From Heptranchias perlo (lineage: Eukaryota), in NCBI RefSeq assembly GCF_035084215.1, contig NC_090348.1, positions 46,376,001-46,440,000 of the forward strand: a stretch of DNA of 64,000 bases, written 5' to 3'. Positions 60,740 through 64,000 of the stretch are shown here, piece after piece; position 1 is the first letter of the stretch, and each line of letters starts with the position of its first letter. The notes under the pieces are model-generated. The model had not been told where the DNA came from and did no database searches. It saw only the letters and a program-made list of their open reading frames with translations. Position numbers and translations under genes: made by a program.

Positions 60740-60990
60740 ATAGAATGATACAGCACAGAAGGAGGCCATTCAACCCATCGTGCCTGGGCTGGTTCTCTGA
60801 AAGAGCTCTCCAATTATTCCCACTCACTCCGCTCTTTCACCATGCAAATTTTTCCTTCTCAAGTATTTATCCAGTTCCCTTTTGAAAGTTACTATTAAAT
60901 CTGCTTCCACCGCCCTTTCAGGCAGCGCATTCCAGATCATCACAACTCGCTGGGTAAAAAAAATTCTCCTCATCTCCCCCTCTGGTTCTG
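60740..60990 (-). mobile_element. CR1 LINE 3' end
   Basis: CATAGAATGATACAGCACAGAAGGAGGCCATTC tail; homologous to 5016-5505. Confidence 0.75.
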
Positions 60991-62589
60991 CAGGTCTGAA
61001 CATTTAGCAGGTCTGCATTGATCATACAAATCTATAAAAATAGATTTTCACATTAAAGGAACAATTGCTGCTGACTAAGCCGTGGAAATAACCACTTTGA
61101 TCTTTTGAGTGAATTGAAACCAGCAATTCACACCTTGCCGCAGTCATCTTCACCAAAGCAGCAACATCTGTTTATTTTTGGCCTCTGGGTTCCTGAAAGC
61201 GCGACCTCGGACTGGGGTGTGACTAATGGTCATCAGCCACTCATCAATGCTTCACTCAAGTGACAATTCGTCATGTGTAAGCTTAGAAAAGGAGTAACAG
61301 GCTATTTGACTGTTCAGGCATCACAGTTGAGCCTGCTCCTGCCCGATCTTTCTCCCTCTCCCTCTCCCTAACCCAGGATGCAGCGACCAGCCGAAGCACT
61401 AGGGTTTTGGCCCTCCCGATCGTCTTGGAGTCTCCCGGAATTAAAGATTAATCCCACGGACACTACCGCGAGCGACTCGGGAGAAAAACCACAGGGACGT
61501 TTCTCATCCCCCGTTTCAATCTGGCCAGACTCACAAACTGCAGGGCCACAACGCTCCCAGGATTCAATGTGGACTTTGGCGCAGGCGCGTTCCGGTTAAA
61601 CCACACAATAGATAAAGCGATTTCTGGAGCGCGGAGGATTGTGGGTATTATATCCGCCATTATTGACTGATTGATTGCTCTGAGGTGTCGGGTGACCAAT
61701 GGCGGGAGTGTGGGGGTGGGACAGTTGGAGCAGAAGGTCACACGAACATCTGAAATTGAAAGGAAAAGACCAACTGGTCCATCAAGCCTGCTCCACGCTC
61801 AGGATGGCTGGAACATCGTGACTCCCAAACCCCTTTGGTGCAGCACTCCAGATGCGGTCTAACCAGCGACCTGGATAATGTCAGAATGGTGTCCTTTGGT
61901 TTATACTGAATGGTTCTATTAATACTAACCAATACCCTGTTAGCTTTAACTACAGCTTCTCCACATTGGTTATGGAACCTTCAGAGATCTGTGCACAATA
62001 ACACCTAGATCTTTTTCTTTGTGATGAAACCTCCAAACTCCACTTGTGTAGTGTGATCCAACCAGAGTTGGGACTCTATGTATCGTGCTGACTGCCAACC
62101 CAGCTACCATCAGCTCATGCACTACAGATTGGGGACTAAATTGCTAGTTTCTATTAATTTTTTTTAAAATGGGTTTATACTGATTTAACTGGGAAGACAG
62201 CAGGGCTGCTACAACTGAGCTCAGCTCTTCCAAACGACGAAAATTAAAAAAAAAATCAGAAGATCTCTGTAAATGGGCATTCTTCCCGTGCTGGGATGGA
62301 CAAAGAGAGTCCGCAGGCTATTGAACTGCTAAGGGCATCACAGCCAAACCTGAGCCTGATCCTGCCTTCAGCTGATGTTGACATTGTGCGTTTTCCAGCA
62401 GGTTTCACAAGACAACGATCAGGAGAATGAGCCCTGGGTGAATTTTGTCCAGTCCTTTACCTGGGAATCCTACACCCAACTGAAGCCGTCCGACTGCTGC
62501 CCTGAGTGAGATCAGCTGACTCAGCAGAGACCAGGAGTCTAACCACCTGGTCGGTATGGCTCACCCAACAGTGTCTTTAAACACAGGTG

Positions 62590-62762
62590 GTCTGGTCATT
62601 ATCATATTGCTGTTTGTGGGATCTTGCTGTGCGCAAAATTGGCTGCCTCGTTTCCTACATTACAACAGCGACTACACTTCAAAAGTACTTCACCGGCTGT
62701 GAAGCGCTGTGGGACGTCCTGAGGTCGTGAAAGGCGCTATATAAATGCAAAGCTTTCTTTTT
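62590..62762 (+). mobile_element. SacSINE1-like SINE 3' portion
   Basis: Well-preserved tail ending in GGCGCTATATAAATGCAAAGCTTTCTTT. Confidence 0.75.
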
Positions 62763-62935
62763 CTTTCTCTTTGCACACCAGAATATCGGGCGAGCTGCAA
62801 ATTTCCCTCACAAAGTAGCACATGTTCTCTGCTATTGGCAAACAGAAATTGTTCACTGCCAAGCAAACATTTGCTGCTTGGGCTGTGCAGAAATGCCGAG
62901 GGTCAAAGTGGATCAGGCTGAAAGGGGTCACAGGG

Positions 62936-63212
62936 AGGGGCTGCCAACTCTGGTTGGATGTATTCCTGGAGTTTACATCACATGGCTTCCTGCCTCCGAC
63001 TGCCCCACCCAGTCAGACGGCCTTTTTGCCCATTTTCCAACATTTTTTTTTACTAATAAACAAAAGTGTCGAAAGAAAATGAAAAGGGCCACAATATTTT
63101 TTAATGCCCAAATTATTTTTTCCCCCAGGGTCGTGTTGCTCGCAGCAGTGTCCAGGAGATTAATCTTTAATTCTTGGAGACTCCAGCACTATCCTGAAGG
63201 GTTGGCAACCCG
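62936..63212. mobile_element. hAT-like MITE
   Basis: TIRs GGGCTGCCAAC and GTTGGCAACCC; an inverted fragment of one end lies at about 61400-61480. Confidence 0.6.
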
Positions 63213-63427
63213 AGACACAGATGATGAAGAGGGACTAAGTATAGTACTTTTGTATGTGGGTCCATCTGTGTAATAATTTAGTCCACATGAACACAGGGAT
63301 ATTGAACATCTGGGATGGTTCAGAACTGAGTGATAGATTGAGCTGGATACTGACCCTTCACCTTTAAGACTTAGTTTCAAGCTTCGCTCAAGGATTTGAG
63401 CATATAATCTAGGTTCGACATTTGAGT

Positions 63428-64000
63428 GCAGTACTGAGGGAGTGCTGCACTGTCGGAGGGGCAGTACCGAGGGAGTGCTGCACTGTCGGAGGGTCAGTAC
63501 CGAGGGAGTGCTGCACTGTCGGAGGGTCAGTACCGAGGGAGTGCTGCACTGTCGGAGGGGCAGTACCGAGGGAGTGCTGCACTGTCGGAGGGTCAGTACC
63601 GAGGGAGTGCTGCACTGTCGGAGGGTCAGTACCGAGGGAGAGCTGCACTGTCGGAGGGTCAGTACTGAGGGAGTGCTGCACTGTCGGAGGGTCAGTACTG
63701 AGGGAGTGCTGCACTGTCGGAGGTTCAGTACTGAGGGAGCGCTGCACTGTCGGAGGGGCAGTACTGAGAGAGTGCTGCACTGTCGGAGGGTCAGTGCTGA
63801 GGGAGCGCTGCACCGTCGGAGGGTCAGTAATGAGGGAGCGCTGCACTGTCGGAGGGTCAGTACTGAGAGAGCGCTGCACTGTCGGAGGGTCAGTACTGAG
63901 GGAGCGCTGCACTGTCGGAGGGTCAGTACTGAAGGAGTGCTGCACTGTCGGAGGGGCAGTACTGTGGCAGTGCTGCACTGTCGGAGGGTCAGTACTGAGG
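63428..64000. repeat. 33-bp minisatellite, about 17 copies, running off the right edge
   Basis: Unit CAGTACTGAGGGAGTGCTGCACTGTCGGAGGGT; contiguous units with no spacers. Confidence 0.95.

Noticed and set aside
62779-62917. Minus-strand exon-like segment (LIHFDPRHFCTAQAANVCLAVNNF..)
   Set aside because: It has AG and GT ends but a weak donor, sits between a SINE tail and a MITE, has no recognisable homology and no phase-compatible partner in the window.
63409-63978. 189-aa ORF of 11-aa repeats, or a CRISPR-like array
   Set aside because: It is the translation of a 33-bp tandem repeat with no unique spacers in eukaryotic DNA; neither a gene nor a CRISPR array.

Overview
Vertebrate genomic DNA, almost certainly a shark. 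The repeat set is chondrichthyan: Deu-domain SacSINE1-like SINEs, abundant CR1 LINEs and Penelope-type ends. No HE1 V-SINE was recognised, which weakly suggests a squalomorph. Three spliced protein-coding genes are supported by splice sites, exon phases and recognisable protein motifs. (1) The 5' part of RBM28 on the minus strand (exons 1-4, running off the left edge). (2) A complete three-exon FAM71/GARIN-family (DUF3699) gene on the plus strand, head-to-head with RBM28. (3) A complete calumenin (CALU) gene on the plus strand, with a CpG promoter, two mutually exclusive 194-nt exon-3 variants and a C-terminal HDEF. RBM28, GARIN1A/B and CALU are also neighbours at human 7q32.1; the SWS1 opsin that follows CALU in bony vertebrates is not recognisable here. 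The most unusual signals are: short TSD-flanked Penelope-type insertions carrying minimal hammerhead-ribozyme folds, two minisatellites born from internal segments of two different SINE families, nested CR1 insertions, and several orphan exon candidates. All family assignments are by eye and from memory, with no database search.
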